64,000 nt of DNA from Alphaproteobacteria bacterium. Lineage in GTDB: Bacteria; Pseudomonadota; Alphaproteobacteria; UBA828. The notes beneath the pieces were generated by a model. The model had not been told where the DNA came from, did no database searches, and saw nothing but the letters and a program-made list of their open reading frames with translations. The stretch is from the NCBI GenBank assembly GCA_965214705.1, contig CBDCCI010000002.1, positions 2,016,001 through 2,080,000 of the forward strand, written 5' to 3'. Shown here piece by piece: positions 19,953 to 30,118 of the stretch; position 1 is the stretch's first letter, and each line of letters opens with the position of its first letter. The position numbers and the translations under genes are program-made.

Positions 19953-20983
19953 GGAGGGGTCACTCGAGCCAGCAGGGCGTCCAGTTCACATCGGCCGGCG
20001 GCTTGATCGAAGGGGTCGGGTTCGTGCCGCGACGCCAGCATGAGCTCGAATCTCTCCCGCGCGCGGCCGTCGAGTCGGGGCACGGCCGCCGCGACATCCT
20101 CCATTTCGTCGCGGTTTCCGTTGCAGTGAAGGTCCAGGTCGCAGCCGGCCGCGAGCGCGGCACGGGCTCGCTCGCCGATCGGCCCGGTCAGGGCGCCCAT
20201 GGAGAGATCGTCGCTCACCAACAAGCCGTCGAAGCCGATCGCGCCCCTCACAGTCTCCTCGATCACGGTCCTGGACAGCGTGCCGGGCCGCTCGGGGTCG
20301 AGCGCCTCATAGCATACGTGGGCCGTCAGTCCCGCCGGCACGTCGCGAAGCGCGTGAAATGGCTCGAAGTCGGAGGCGCCCATCACTTCGAGCGACGCGC
20401 GCACGCGTGGCAACACCGCGTGGCTGTCGGCAGCTGCGCGTCCGTGCCCAGGCAAGTGCTTGATGGCCGGCACGATGCCGCCCGCGGCAAGGCCGTCACA
20501 GACGGCCCGGCCCAATCGCCCCACCAAGTGCGGATCGGCGCCGAGCGAGCGGTCGCCGATGGCATTGCCAGCGTGGCCGAAGTGAAGGTCCAGCACCGGC
20601 GCGCAGTTGACCGTGATTCCGAGCGGATGCAGGTCGGCCGCCACCAGGCGGGCATTGAGCCATGCCGCGCGCGCGCCGGCGGTCTCGTCGATCTTGGCCA
20701 GCGCGCCGAGCAGTGCCGGCGCCGGCGGCACGCGCCAATGCGGCGAGCCGAGACGCGCCACGCGGCCACCCTCCTGGTCGATCAACACCGGCGCATCGGG
20801 CCGAACGATAGCCTCGCGCAGTGCCGTGATTAGCGCCCGTAATTGTTGCGGGGTCTCGCAGTTGCGCTTGAACAGGATGAAGCCTGCCGGATCGACATCG
20901 GCCATGAAGCGGCGCTCGTCCGCGTCAAGAACCGGGCCCGCGCAGCCGAGAATCACCGCTCGTGGCGCGGCGTGCTGCGTCAC
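19949..20983 (-). CDS. nagZ: Beta-N-acetylhexosaminidase (GH3)
   Basis: IDQEGGRVARL, KHLPGHG..DSH, SDDLSM; GTG start inferred. Confidence 0.93.
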   Translation of the reverse strand: MTQHAAPRAVILGCAGPVLDADERRFMADVDPAGFILFKRNCETPQQLRALITALREAIVRPDAPVLIDQEGGRVARLGSPHWRVPPAPALLGALAKIDETAGARAAWLNARLVAADLHPLGITVNCAPVLDLHFGHAGNAIGDRSLGADPHLVGRLGRAVCDGLAAGGIVPAIKHLPGHGRAAADSHAVLPRVRASLEVMGASDFEPFHALRDVPAGLTAHVCYEALDPERPGTLSRTVIEETVRGAIGFDGLLVSDDLSMGALTGPIGERARAALAAGCDLDLHCNGNRDEMEDVAAAVPRLDGRARERFELMLASRHEPDPFDQAAGRCELDALLARVTPP

Positions 20984-20990
20984 GCCGTCC

Positions 20991-22262
20991 TCAATCGCGC
21001 GCCACGAAGCACTCGCGCCCACGCGCCTTCAGCCGCTCGCAGACCCTCTGCGCCGCAGCCACGTCGGTGAGCGGACCGGCGCGCAGTCGATAGAAGATGC
21101 CGTTGTCGCCGCGATCGACCGGCATGATCAACGGGCTGAGGCCGGTGAGCGCATCGTCGTTGCGGCGGCGGAGCGTCTCCCAGAGCGTCTCCAATGGGCC
21201 TCTGGCGTTCGCGGTGCCGAGCTGAACGTAACGCCAGGCGCGGGGTTGATCCGTTGCCGATGAAGCGGGCGCTTCGCGAGCCGGCTCGGCCCGCGCTAGG
21301 CGGCGCGGTTTGTAAGGGGGCAGAGGCACCGGGTCTGCCTCTTCAGCCTGGGGGGACACGGGAGGCGCCCCAGAGTCTCGCTGCAGTACTTCTTCCACCA
21401 GAGCCAGCGTATCAGCCTCCAATTCCGGCGATTCCTCAACTGCGGATGTTGGCGCGCTTTCCCGCGTGGGGACTTCGACCGTGGCCGGCTCATCGAGCTC
21501 AGACAGTCGTGCCTCCTCGGCCAGTATTGCCGCAAGTGTTCCGGGCTTGGGCGGCGGAGGCAGCAGAACTCCGTCGATTTCCGAAATCCTGGGTTCGAGG
21601 GGGGCCGCTTCCTCGACCGCCGCGAACTCCGGGGGTCCGTCCGGCTCGAGCGGAGGTGCCTCTTCGAGCGAGATGGGCTCCGTCAGTGCCTCGGGTTCTG
21701 GGGGTGTCGCCTCTCCAGTCGTCGGGGAGAGCGCCGGTTCTTCGACGCCGCCTGTATCGGGTTGAAGCGCCGCCACCGCGGTATCTGCGCCAGACCCGGC
21801 CACTGCGAGCGCTTCGGCGCTGTCGGGCTCCGGCTTCGGCGGAGCCAGCGGTTGCTCCGGCGGCGGCAGGACTCGCTCCGGCGCTTCCTCGGGCTCGTCC
21901 GTCGTCAGCGTCTCGTAGATCAGCGTGCCCTGGTTCGGGATTTTCAACCCGCCGGGATCGTCGGGGCGCACCTTCCAGGGCTCCGCTGAAGCGGTGATGA
22001 GTGGCACCGAAGCCTCGTCCGGAGGCGGCCCTCCTCCGCCCCCCACCCGCTCGGTCACCGCCCAGGCGCCGCCCGCGAGCGCGGCAGCGCCCAAGAGTAT
22101 CCACACCGGAAGCAGCCGGGGGCGCCGGCTTTCCGCCCGCCCCTCGTCGGCTTGCTCGACTGGCTCCTGAGGTGCCGCCGGCGACTCCGCTTCCGGCGAC
22201 TCGGGCGCGGGCGGAGTCTCGGACGCCGACGGGGTCTCCGAGCCGTCTTCGCCGCCGCTCAT
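20991..22262 (-). CDS. Membrane-anchored SPOR-domain protein (FtsN-like)
   Basis: Single [13 protein letters not shown], Pro/Glu-rich linker, C-terminal VQLG...FYRLRAGP...C..LK....CF; between argS and nagZ. Confidence 0.85.
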   Translation of the reverse strand: MSGGEDGSETPSASETPPAPESPEAESPAAPQEPVEQADEGRAESRRPRLLPVWILLGAAALAGGAWAVTERVGGGGGPPPDEASVPLITASAEPWKVRPDDPGGLKIPNQGTLIYETLTTDEPEEAPERVLPPPEQPLAPPKPEPDSAEALAVAGSGADTAVAALQPDTGGVEEPALSPTTGEATPPEPEALTEPISLEEAPPLEPDGPPEFAAVEEAAPLEPRISEIDGVLLPPPPKPGTLAAILAEEARLSELDEPATVEVPTRESAPTSAVEESPELEADTLALVEEVLQRDSGAPPVSPQAEEADPVPLPPYKPRRLARAEPAREAPASSATDQPRAWRYVQLGTANARGPLETLWETLRRRNDDALTGLSPLIMPVDRGDNGIFYRLRAGPLTDVAAAQRVCERLKARGRECFVARD

Positions 22263-24013
22263 CGCATCTCCTGCACCGGCTCGACTCCGAACAGCGCCAG
22301 CCCCTCCGCAATAACGATCCTGGCGCCGCTGATCAACGCAAGGCGCGCGCGCGTCTCCGACGGTCGCTCCGCATCGACGAAGCGCAGCCGTGCGTCGTCC
22401 TTCCCTCTGGTCCAGAGCAGATGGAAGGCGCCCGCAAGCTCTTGCAGATGATAGGCGATCCGGTGCGGTTCATGCGCTATAGCGGCGCCCGCCAGCACCC
22501 GAGGCCACTGGCAGAGCCGCCGGATCAGGTCAAGCTCGGCCGGGTCGTCCAGGCATGTGAGATCGGCGCGGGCAAGAGCGGCAGGCGTGAGCTCGTTCTC
22601 GGGCACGATCTCGGCCCCGCGGCGCAATGCCGAACACGCCCTGGCGTGGGCGTACTGGACGTAGAAGACCGGGTTGTCGCGCGACTGCTCCAGGACCTTG
22701 CGAAGGTCGAACTCAAGCGGGGCGTCGTTGCGGCGGGTCAGCACGATGAAGCGCACCACGTCACGGCCGACCTCGTCGACGACATCGCGCAGCGTCACGA
22801 AGCGCCCGGCGCGCTTCGACATGGCCACCGGCTTGCCGTCGTCGAGCAGCTTCACCATCTGGCAGATCTTGACGTCGAGAGTCGCCGAATCGTTGGAAAT
22901 CGCCGCAACGGCGGCCTTCATCCGCTTGACGTAGCCGCCGTGGTCGGCCCCCCACACGTCGATCAGGTCGGCGAAGCCGCGCTCGATCTTGTCGCGGTGA
23001 TAGGCGATATCGGTGGCGAAGTAGGTCCAGGCGCCGTCCGATTTCTTGAGCGGCCGGTCCGTGTCATCGCCGAATTCGGTAGCGCGGAACAGGCTCTGCT
23101 CGCGCGGCTCCCAATCCTCGTCACGCTTGCCCTTGGGCGGCTCCAGCACGCCACTGTAGATGAGCCCGGCACCCTCCAGCGCCGCGTACGAGTCGTCGAC
23201 CCGACCCTCGCCGACCAACGCGCGCTCCGAGCGGAAGAGATCATGCCGCACCCCGAGTGCGTCGAGGTCTTCGCGCACGAGGTCCATCATAGCCTTGATG
23301 GCGAAGCTGCGGACTTCCGGCAGCCAGACCGCCTCCGGCTCTGCCAGCCAACGTTGGCCGTCGCGGGCCGCAAGCGCCTCGCCCACGGGCACCAGATAGT
23401 CCCCCGGATAGAGCCCTTCGGGGATGTCCCCGATTGCCTCCCCGCATGCCTCACGGTAGCGGGCATGGACGGAGCGAGCGAGGGTGTCCACCTGCGCGCC
23501 GGCGTCGTTCACGTAGTATTCCCGCGTCACCGCGAAGCCCATATGGGCGAGCAGGTTGGCAAGCGCGTCGCCCACCACCGCCCCTCTGGCATGGCCGACG
23601 TGGAGTGGCCCGGTGGGGTTGGCGGAAACATATTCCACGTTGATGCGCTGCCCTTGACCCAGGTCATCGGCACCGTATCCGGGCCCGGTCGCGAGCAGCT
23701 CGGCCAACCGTGCCCACCAGAAATCGTCCGTCAGCCTCAGGTTGACGAAGCCGGGACCGGCCACTTCGATCGAGCGAATTTCCACGTGCTCTCGCAACCT
23801 CTCCGCGAGTTGCTCGGCGATCTCGCGCGGCTTGCGGCGCGCCTGCTTGGCCAGCACCAGCGCCGCGTTGCAGGCCGCATCGCCGTGCTCCGCCTCGCGC
23901 GGCGGCTCCACCTGGACTGCCGAGAGATCGATCCCGGCGGGCAACGCGCCGGCATCGCACAACTCCTCTATTTCTTTGTGAATAACCTCTGACAAGTGAC
24001 TGAAAACATTCAT
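22259..24013 (-). CDS. argS: Arginine--tRNA ligase
   Basis: [33 protein letters not shown]. Confidence 0.97.
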   Translation of the reverse strand: MNVFSHLSEVIHKEIEELCDAGALPAGIDLSAVQVEPPREAEHGDAACNAALVLAKQARRKPREIAEQLAERLREHVEIRSIEVAGPGFVNLRLTDDFWWARLAELLATGPGYGADDLGQGQRINVEYVSANPTGPLHVGHARGAVVGDALANLLAHMGFAVTREYYVNDAGAQVDTLARSVHARYREACGEAIGDIPEGLYPGDYLVPVGEALAARDGQRWLAEPEAVWLPEVRSFAIKAMMDLVREDLDALGVRHDLFRSERALVGEGRVDDSYAALEGAGLIYSGVLEPPKGKRDEDWEPREQSLFRATEFGDDTDRPLKKSDGAWTYFATDIAYHRDKIERGFADLIDVWGADHGGYVKRMKAAVAAISNDSATLDVKICQMVKLLDDGKPVAMSKRAGRFVTLRDVVDEVGRDVVRFIVLTRRNDAPLEFDLRKVLEQSRDNPVFYVQYAHARACSALRRGAEIVPENELTPAALARADLTCLDDPAELDLIRRLCQWPRVLAGAAIAHEPHRIAYHLQELAGAFHLLWTRGKDDARLRFVDAERPSETRARLALISGARIVIAEGLALFGVEPVQEMR

Positions 24014-25206
24014 CTCCACAGCACCGTATCGAAGAGATTGCGATGTTCCTGGATGGCGAATCGATCCGTCATCCCGGCGACGTAGTCGGCAACGACGCGC
24101 GCCGTGCTCAGCGTTCGCGGTCCGTCGCACCGGGCCCGCCACTCCTCGGGCAGGCATTGCGGCTCGTCGATGAAGAGCTCGAAAAGCTCGCCCACCGTCC
24201 TGCGTGCCTTGCTGGCCATCCGGTTGACCTTGTGATGTCGATACATGCGCTCGCGCAGGAACGCCTTCAACCCCTCACCGTGGGCCTGCATGGTGTCCGA
24301 GAAGGCAATCAGTGGAGTGCCGTGGCGGCGCACAGCCTCGACATTCGCCGGCCTTGCCTCCTCCAGGCGTTGCCGGCTGGCATCGATCACGTCCTCAACC
24401 ATGGCGCCGATCATGCGCCGAACGGTCTCGTGAATCCGGCGGCTCTCCTCGCCTTCCGGGTGATCGGTGGCGACCTCATCCAGTATTTTGCCAACCAGTG
24501 GGACGTCCCTCAGATCCTTGACGGCGAAGAGGCCCGCGCGCAGCCCGTCGTCCACGTCGTGATTGTTGTAGGCGATATCGTCCGCCAGTGCCGCGATCTG
24601 AGCCTCCAGGCCGGCGTGGGTGTGAAGCTCCAGGTCGTGACGGGCCGAATAGGCCTCGATGGCACCGGGGGTTGCTTCCTCCGGGCGCGGACCATTGTGC
24701 TTTGCCACTCCTTCCAGGGTCTCCCAGGTCAGATTCAGACCGTCGAAGTCGTTATAGCGCTGTTCCAGTGCGGTCAGGATGCGCATGGTCTGCGCGTTGT
24801 GATCGAAACCGCCGTAGGGTTCCATCGCCTGGTCGAGCGCGCTCTCGCCCGCATGGCCGAAGGGCGGGTGCCCGAGGTCGTGCGCCAGCGCCAGCGCCTC
24901 GGCGAGGTCCTCGTCCACCCCGAGAACACGACTGATCGAGCGCGCGATCTGCGCCACCTCCAGGCTGTGAGTGAGGCGCGTGCGGTAGTGATCCCCCTCG
25001 TGATAGACGAAGACTTGCGTCTTGTGCTGGAGCCGGCGGAACGCCGCGCAGTGGATGATGCGGTCGCGGTCGCGCTGGAAGGCGGTCCGCGTGCGGCTTT
25101 CCGGTTCTGGGTAGAGACGCCCGCGGCTCCTCTCGGGAAACGAGGCGTAGGCCGCAGCCGCGCGGGGCATGGCCGGCGCAGTAGCGTTGCTGGTGCTCAC
25201 GCTCAC
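24010..25206 (-). CDS. dgt: Deoxyguanosinetriphosphate triphosphohydrolase
   Basis: [37 protein letters not shown]; GTG start overlaps the upstream stop. Confidence 0.94.
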   Translation of the reverse strand: MSVSTSNATAPAMPRAAAAYASFPERSRGRLYPEPESRTRTAFQRDRDRIIHCAAFRRLQHKTQVFVYHEGDHYRTRLTHSLEVAQIARSISRVLGVDEDLAEALALAHDLGHPPFGHAGESALDQAMEPYGGFDHNAQTMRILTALEQRYNDFDGLNLTWETLEGVAKHNGPRPEEATPGAIEAYSARHDLELHTHAGLEAQIAALADDIAYNNHDVDDGLRAGLFAVKDLRDVPLVGKILDEVATDHPEGEESRRIHETVRRMIGAMVEDVIDASRQRLEEARPANVEAVRRHGTPLIAFSDTMQAHGEGLKAFLRERMYRHHKVNRMASKARRTVGELFELFIDEPQCLPEEWRARCDGPRTLSTARVVADYVAGMTDRFAIQEHRNLFDTVLWR

Positions 25207-25715
25207 ATCTCGCCCGCAGGACCGCGGATGGCGTGGAGCCGCTTCGTCGGCAGCAGGAGCGGCGGCGGCACCGCGTAGAAGTTGTTGGCCCCTGTCGCTT
25301 CCTCCTCCGGTGCGTCCACGTCGCTGCCCTCTTCCGCCCTCTGGATTACCACATCGTGACCAGAGCGCCGGGTCTCGCGCATGACGGACTGGAGCCGCTG
25401 GGCTGCCGCCTGGTCCCACGGCAGTGCATAGAAGCGGGGCGTCCCATCGACGGAAAGCCAGAGATAGATCGCCTCGTCCTCGCGCAGTGCGGCCGAAAGC
25501 ACATGCGCTCCGGACACGTCCATCATGTCCAGAGAAAGCGGCTTCGGCCGTGAGAGCAGCATGGAATAGCTGAAATAGCCGATCACGACGAGGGCGGCGA
25601 GCAGGCCGACGGCAACGGCCTTCCACTGCGCCCTGCGCCTGGACCAGACCGCAATGCTGGCCAGCGCGGCTCCCACCAGCGCAAGGGCGACATAGAGATA
25701 GGCGAAACTATCCAC
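25203..25715 (-). CDS. Hypothetical protein with two N-terminal TM segments
   Basis: Hydrophobic N-terminus then LSRPKP...AIYLWL...PRFYALPW; coupled to neighbours. Confidence 0.65.
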   Translation of the reverse strand: MDSFAYLYVALALVGAALASIAVWSRRRAQWKAVAVGLLAALVVIGYFSYSMLLSRPKPLSLDMMDVSGAHVLSAALREDEAIYLWLSVDGTPRFYALPWDQAAAQRLQSVMRETRRSGHDVVIQRAEEGSDVDAPEEEATGANNFYAVPPPLLLPTKRLHAIRGPAGEM

Positions 25716-26352
25716 CCGGCCGCCCCTCGAGCAGGCGGTTGTGGGCCCGGGCGTACTCCATAATGAGGGAGTGTTTGACGTCGTTGACGCTGCCGTGCAC
25801 GAGCGCACCCTTGCCGGTCAGCGCGAAGCGGAACACGGTCAGCTCGTGGCGGAGAAAGCGCAGCTCGACCTCCTTCTTCAGGATCGGAGTCGGCCTGTCC
25901 TCGCCCTCCCGCTTGACACTGACGACCACCTGAACTGCGACCGGCGTCGGCTGGATCGGGTCCTCAAGCCGGTAGGCCTGAACGTTGACGATCCATTCGC
26001 CTGCCACGATGCCGCGACTGTAGACAATCTCGTAATTGATGTCGGTAAGGTCTTGAAACAGGCCGAGATCGTCACGCAGAAGATTGACCACCTCGTTGCC
26101 CTTATTGGGGAAGCCCACCGGCGCCCGCTCCGGCGCCTTGACCCAAAGATCGATGTCGGCATCGCGGTCCGACGCCCACAGGAGCTCGATGATCACGTTA
26201 CCGGGATCGCTGATCCCGTCGGTCTCGCTCTCGACCTCCGCACCTGTATTGAGAAACGGCAACAGCATGAGCACCATCGCGACGAAGGCGGCGAGCGCGA
26301 GCAGCGTGACGTCGCGAAAGATCGTGCCGCTGTCGTCGTCAAACTCTTCCAT
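25708..26352 (-). CDS. Single-TM protein with membrane Asp (FRD) and extracytoplasmic beta-rich domain
   Basis: IFRDVTLLAL TM; GNVIIELLW..DIDLWVKAP, LLRDDLG, NYE. Confidence 0.7.
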   Translation of the reverse strand: MEEFDDDSGTIFRDVTLLALAAFVAMVLMLLPFLNTGAEVESETDGISDPGNVIIELLWASDRDADIDLWVKAPERAPVGFPNKGNEVVNLLRDDLGLFQDLTDINYEIVYSRGIVAGEWIVNVQAYRLEDPIQPTPVAVQVVVSVKREGEDRPTPILKKEVELRFLRHELTVFRFALTGKGALVHGSVNDVKHSLIMEYARAHNRLLEGRPGG

Positions 26353-26932
26353 TGGCCGCAAGGAGCTCGCTGTAGAGGGTGGAGGTACCGGTTGCCAGCA
26401 TACGGTAGTTGACGGTGAGCCAGAGGCCCAGAACGGCGCCTTCGAGAGTCGTGTAGAGCGCGACCGACATGCCGCTGATAAGGGTCGAGATCATCGGCTG
26501 CACGGCGGCGAGGGTGCCGGCTTCCTCCGCCGAGACGCCGGAGAGCGCGATGATGAAGCCCGCCACCGTGCCGATCAGCCCGAGCACGACCAGCGCGGCC
26601 GCGATCTGCCGGACTACCGCGATACGGCTGAAGAGCCGCGCCTTGAGCGCCTCGGCCATCAGCTCCGGGCGGACGGACGGACTGGTCCAGTCGGCGGGGA
26701 GGTCGACCGTCTCGCCTTCTTCCAGCCTGTTGAGGGCAGCGCTTGTCTTGAACAGACGGTAACCGCAGAGCGCGAGGCCCACTGCGAAGACGCCGAAGAT
26801 CACGAAGACGAGGCCGGTGGGGTCCGCCTCGGCAATCCGTGCGATCCAGCCCTGGGCGCCGGCGAGCCCGAGCAGCGCCGCGCCTACGATATTGACGATC
26901 AGGAACCGGTAGAGGAGCAGATAGCGGCGCAA
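26339..26932 (-). CDS. MotA/TolQ/ExbB proton-channel family protein
   Basis: LGLIGTVAGFIIAL...GMSVALYTTL helical-hairpin signature. Confidence 0.8.
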   Translation of the reverse strand: MRRYLLLYRFLIVNIVGAALLGLAGAQGWIARIAEADPTGLVFVIFGVFAVGLALCGYRLFKTSAALNRLEEGETVDLPADWTSPSVRPELMAEALKARLFSRIAVVRQIAAALVVLGLIGTVAGFIIALSGVSAEEAGTLAAVQPMISTLISGMSVALYTTLEGAVLGLWLTVNYRMLATGTSTLYSELLAANGRV

Positions 26933-27075
26933 CCGGTCGACTCCTGGGTCGTGGCGGCGGCCCGCGCGGGCGCTACGCGCCCAGACCAGCGCTCCCGACC
27001 GTCTATCGAACGTAGGCGCCTGTCAATGGTGGCGTCCCTGTCCTACAGACGATGCTAAAGGAGGATGCCGGGCCA

Positions 27076-27363
27076 TCAGGCCGCTGCAAAGCGCTCTACT
27101 TTAATTCGCTGAGCGCGGTCGCGGGCCTGCCAAAGATCATAAGCCATTTGCATCCCAAGCCAGGTCTCGGGTGTGGAGCCGAACGCCTTCGACAGCCGTA
27201 TTGCCATATCGATTGAAACGCCCGTGCGCTCGTTAATCAGTTCGGAAAGTGCTTGGCGTGTGACCCCAAGTCCCTGAGCAGCCCGTGTCACGCTTAGCCC
27301 CAGTGGCTCCAGACATTGCCGCTTCACGATCCCTCCCGGATGCGGCGGGTTGTGCATCGCCAT
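27076..27363 (-). CDS. higA: HigA-family antitoxin
   Basis: MHNPPHPG, HTH, MAIRLSKAFGSTPETWL.MQ..YDL. Confidence 0.92.
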   Translation of the reverse strand: MAMHNPPHPGGIVKRQCLEPLGLSVTRAAQGLGVTRQALSELINERTGVSIDMAIRLSKAFGSTPETWLGMQMAYDLWQARDRAQRIKVERFAAA

Positions 27364-27374
27364 GTCCCGTCTCC

Positions 27375-27653
27375 TCAGTGATAGTCGACGTAATCGACGT
27401 CGACCGCCGACCCGTCCACGAACCGAAAGGTCACACGCCAGTTTCGCGATACCGAAACTGCGTAGTGCCCCTTCAATCGTCCCCTCAACTCATGCAGCCG
27501 GAAACCCGGCATCTTCATGCTTTCGGGCCTGCGACTGTTGTCGAGCGCTGCCAATATATCCCTCAGTCTTTGGACGTGCTCCGGCGCCACCCATCGGTCC
27601 GTTCGGCCATCGTAGAGCGCGTTCAAGCCCCGATGCCGGAACGACTCAATCAT
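27375..27653 (-). CDS. higB: HigB/RelE-family toxin
   Basis: MIESFRHRGL...PGFRLHELRG...VSVSRNWRVTFRF...DYH; upstream of the antitoxin. Confidence 0.92.
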   Translation of the reverse strand: MIESFRHRGLNALYDGRTDRWVAPEHVQRLRDILAALDNSRRPESMKMPGFRLHELRGRLKGHYAVSVSRNWRVTFRFVDGSAVDVDYVDYH

Positions 27654-27665
27654 CGTCTAAACCTA

Positions 27666-27695
27666 AACTGTCGCCTGACAGTTGACAACTGTCAG
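27666..27695. promoter_or_regulatory. Overlapping palindromes, probable HigA operator
   Basis: AACTGTC-gcct-GACAGTT (27666-27683) and CTGACAGTTG-a-CAACTGTCAG (27675-27695) just upstream of higB. Confidence 0.6.
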
Positions 27696-27775
27696 CGCCC
27701 CCCATTCGGACAAGTGCCGCCCAGCCTTGTGCGGGTCTATCATGTCCCAAGCTTCTAGTTGCCGGAGAAACCCAG

Positions 27776-28915
27776 ATGATTGCGGCCGACGCCTTCCTCC
27801 AACCCGCGCAGGAACGCGGGTTTTCGTTCTATACCGGCGTCCCCTGCTCCTTCCTCACCCCGCTGATCAACCGGGTGATCTCCGATCCGGCACTCAACTA
27901 CGTGGGCGCGGCGAGCGAGGGCGAGGCGGTGGCGGTGGCGGCGGGCGCCTGGCTCGCGGGCCGGCACACGGTTGTGATGTGTCAGAACTCGGGCCTCGGC
28001 AACACCGTCAATCCGTTGACGTCCCTCAACCATCCCTTCCGCATTCCGACGCTCTTGATCGTCACCTGGCGGGGGCAACCGGGGCTGAGTGATGAACCGC
28101 AGCATGAGCTCATGGGCGAGGTGATGGGATCGCTCCTCGATACCATCGCCATAGGCCATGCCGGCTTCCCCAAAGATGAAGAAGCCGTGTCGGTGGCGCT
28201 CGACCGGGCCGAGCAGGCCATGGCAAGCGATGAGCTTCCCTTCGCGCTGATCATGGAGAAGGGCAGCGTGCGCGACGACGGCCTCGATCAGCCGGACCAG
28301 CCGATTCGCCCGCGCGGCACGATTGAGGACTTGCGCCAGGGCGAAAAGCGCCCGGCGCGGATCGACCTCTTGCGCTGCGTTCAGACACTCGTGCCGGCGG
28401 AAGCCGCGGTGGTCGCGACCACCGGCAAAACCGGACGCGAGTTGTTCACCCTCGAAGACCGCCCGCAGCAGCTCTACCAGGTGGGCTCGATGGGCTGCGC
28501 CTCGGCGATGGGCCTCGGCATCGCGCTCAACTCGACACGGCCGGTGCTGGTGCTGGATGGCGACGGTGCCGCGCTGATGAAGCTCGGCACCATGGCGACC
28601 ATCGGCGCCTACGCCCCCGCCAATCTGATCCACGTTCTGCTCGACAACGGGGTGCACGATTCGACCGGCGGGCAGGCGACCGTCTCGCCCAACGTCGATT
28701 TCGCTGCCGTCGCCCAGGCCTGCGGCTATCCCGTCGCTTACCGCTGCGACACGGAAGCAGGCTTCGCCTGCGCCGTGGAAGCGGCGCTCGCCGGCGGCCC
28801 GAGGCCGGTACTGATCCATGCGAAGATCGCGCCCGGCTCCCTCGCCGAACTGGGCCGGCCCACGATATCGCCCCGCGACGTGGCGCGGCGCTTCCGCGCC
28901 TTCATAGCAGGATGA
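27776..28915 (+). CDS. aepY: Phosphonopyruvate decarboxylase (ThDP-dependent)
   Basis: YTGVPCSFL, SEGEAV, QNSGLGNTVNPL, DEPQHELMG, GSMG, DGDGA, NGVHDSTGGQ. Confidence 0.82.
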   Translation: MIAADAFLQPAQERGFSFYTGVPCSFLTPLINRVISDPALNYVGAASEGEAVAVAAGAWLAGRHTVVMCQNSGLGNTVNPLTSLNHPFRIPTLLIVTWRGQPGLSDEPQHELMGEVMGSLLDTIAIGHAGFPKDEEAVSVALDRAEQAMASDELPFALIMEKGSVRDDGLDQPDQPIRPRGTIEDLRQGEKRPARIDLLRCVQTLVPAEAAVVATTGKTGRELFTLEDRPQQLYQVGSMGCASAMGLGIALNSTRPVLVLDGDGAALMKLGTMATIGAYAPANLIHVLLDNGVHDSTGGQATVSPNVDFAAVAQACGYPVAYRCDTEAGFACAVEAALAGGPRPVLIHAKIAPGSLAELGRPTISPRDVARRFRAFIAG

Positions 28916-29007
28916 GCCGAATCGGTTCGACCCGCGAACCACCATCATGTACCTGGTCAACTTTGACGTATAATGTAAGGACATCGAACTCACTGGGAGG
29001 ACAGATC

Positions 29008-30006
29008 ATGAAGATACTCAGACTCACCACATGCGCGCTGGCCGCCGTCGCCCTCATGGGCGCGACCTTCAGCGCTGCCGACGAGGCGAGCGCGCAGGAG
29101 AAGAAGTTCATTTCGATCGGTACAGGTGGACCCACCGGCGTTTATTTCGTGGTCGGCAACTCGGTCTGTCGCATGGTCCACAAGGAGGCCGCCGAGGGCC
29201 GCAAGTCGGGCCGTAAGCACGGCATCCGCTGCGCGGCACCGTCGACCGGCGGCTCCACCTACAACATCGGCCAGATCTGCCAGGGCGAACTCGACTTTGG
29301 CGTCGCCCAATCTGACTGGCAGTTCCATGCGGTCAACGGCAGTTCCGAAAAGGTCACGAACTGCCCCGGTCTGCGCGCGGTCTTCTCCGTGCACGGCGAG
29401 CCCTTCCACCTGATCGCCGCCGAAGGTTCAGGCATCGGCTCCTTCACCGATACCAAGGGCAAGAGGATGAACATCGGCAACCCCGGCTCGGGCCAGCGCG
29501 GCACGACCGAGGTGTTGATGGAAGGCTACGGCATGACCACCGACGACTTCGCGGCGGCGACCGAGCTAACCTCGACCGAGCAGTCGCAGGCACTCTGCGA
29601 CGGCAAGATCGACGCCTACGGCTACACGGTCGGCGTGCCCAATGCCGGCGTGTCCGTGGCGACTGACGGCTGCGGTGCCTACATCGCCAACCTCAACGGC
29701 GAGGTCGAGCAGAAGCTGGTGGCCGATAATCCCTACTACGCCTTCACGACCATCCCGGCCGGCACCTACAAGACCACGGCCGCCGATGTGACGACCTTTG
29801 GCGTGATGGCGACCTTCGTCAGCCACGAGAACGTGCCCGAAGATGTCGTCTACGAGGTCACCCGCGCGGTAATGGAGAACCTGGACGACTTCAGGTCGCT
29901 GCATCCCGCCTTCGCCAACCTCGATCCCGCGAACATGATCAAGAATGGTCTGTCCGCACCGCTTCATGCGGGTGCGGCCAAGTACTACGCGGAACAGGGC
30001 TGGTAG
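29008..30006 (+). CDS. TAXI-family TRAP solute-binding protein
   Basis: Signal peptide; IGTGGPTGVYF, STGGS, NIGNPGSGQR, PLHAGA; RBS GGGAGG. Confidence 0.92.
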   Translation: MKILRLTTCALAAVALMGATFSAADEASAQEKKFISIGTGGPTGVYFVVGNSVCRMVHKEAAEGRKSGRKHGIRCAAPSTGGSTYNIGQICQGELDFGVAQSDWQFHAVNGSSEKVTNCPGLRAVFSVHGEPFHLIAAEGSGIGSFTDTKGKRMNIGNPGSGQRGTTEVLMEGYGMTTDDFAAATELTSTEQSQALCDGKIDAYGYTVGVPNAGVSVATDGCGAYIANLNGEVEQKLVADNPYYAFTTIPAGTYKTTAADVTTFGVMATFVSHENVPEDVVYEVTRAVMENLDDFRSLHPAFANLDPANMIKNGLSAPLHAGAAKYYAEQGW

Positions 30007-30023
30007 CAGCCCCCGCGATCATG

Positions 30024-30055
30024 ACGGCCGGCACCCCTGAACGGGTGCCGGCCGT
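30024..30055 (+). terminator. Intergenic hairpin (terminator or mRNA stabiliser)
   Basis: 13-bp stem ACGGCCGGCACCC/GGGTGCCGGCCGT followed by TCGCTTT. Confidence 0.55.
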
Positions 30056-30118
30056 TCGCTTTCGGATTGTCCCGAGGCGTATAACGCTAAGGGGCGCACG
30101 CGCCGGACAGGGGCGCCC

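Noticed and set aside
8731-23992. Long antisense ORFs (e.g. 8731-10299, 15370-17289, 22001-23992)
   Set aside because: Shadow frames of real genes in high-GC DNA, with no recognisable motifs
25708-26932. Zorya ZorAB
   Set aside because: The MotA-like protein lacks the long ZorA tail, the partner lacks an OmpA-like domain, and there is no zorC/D/E
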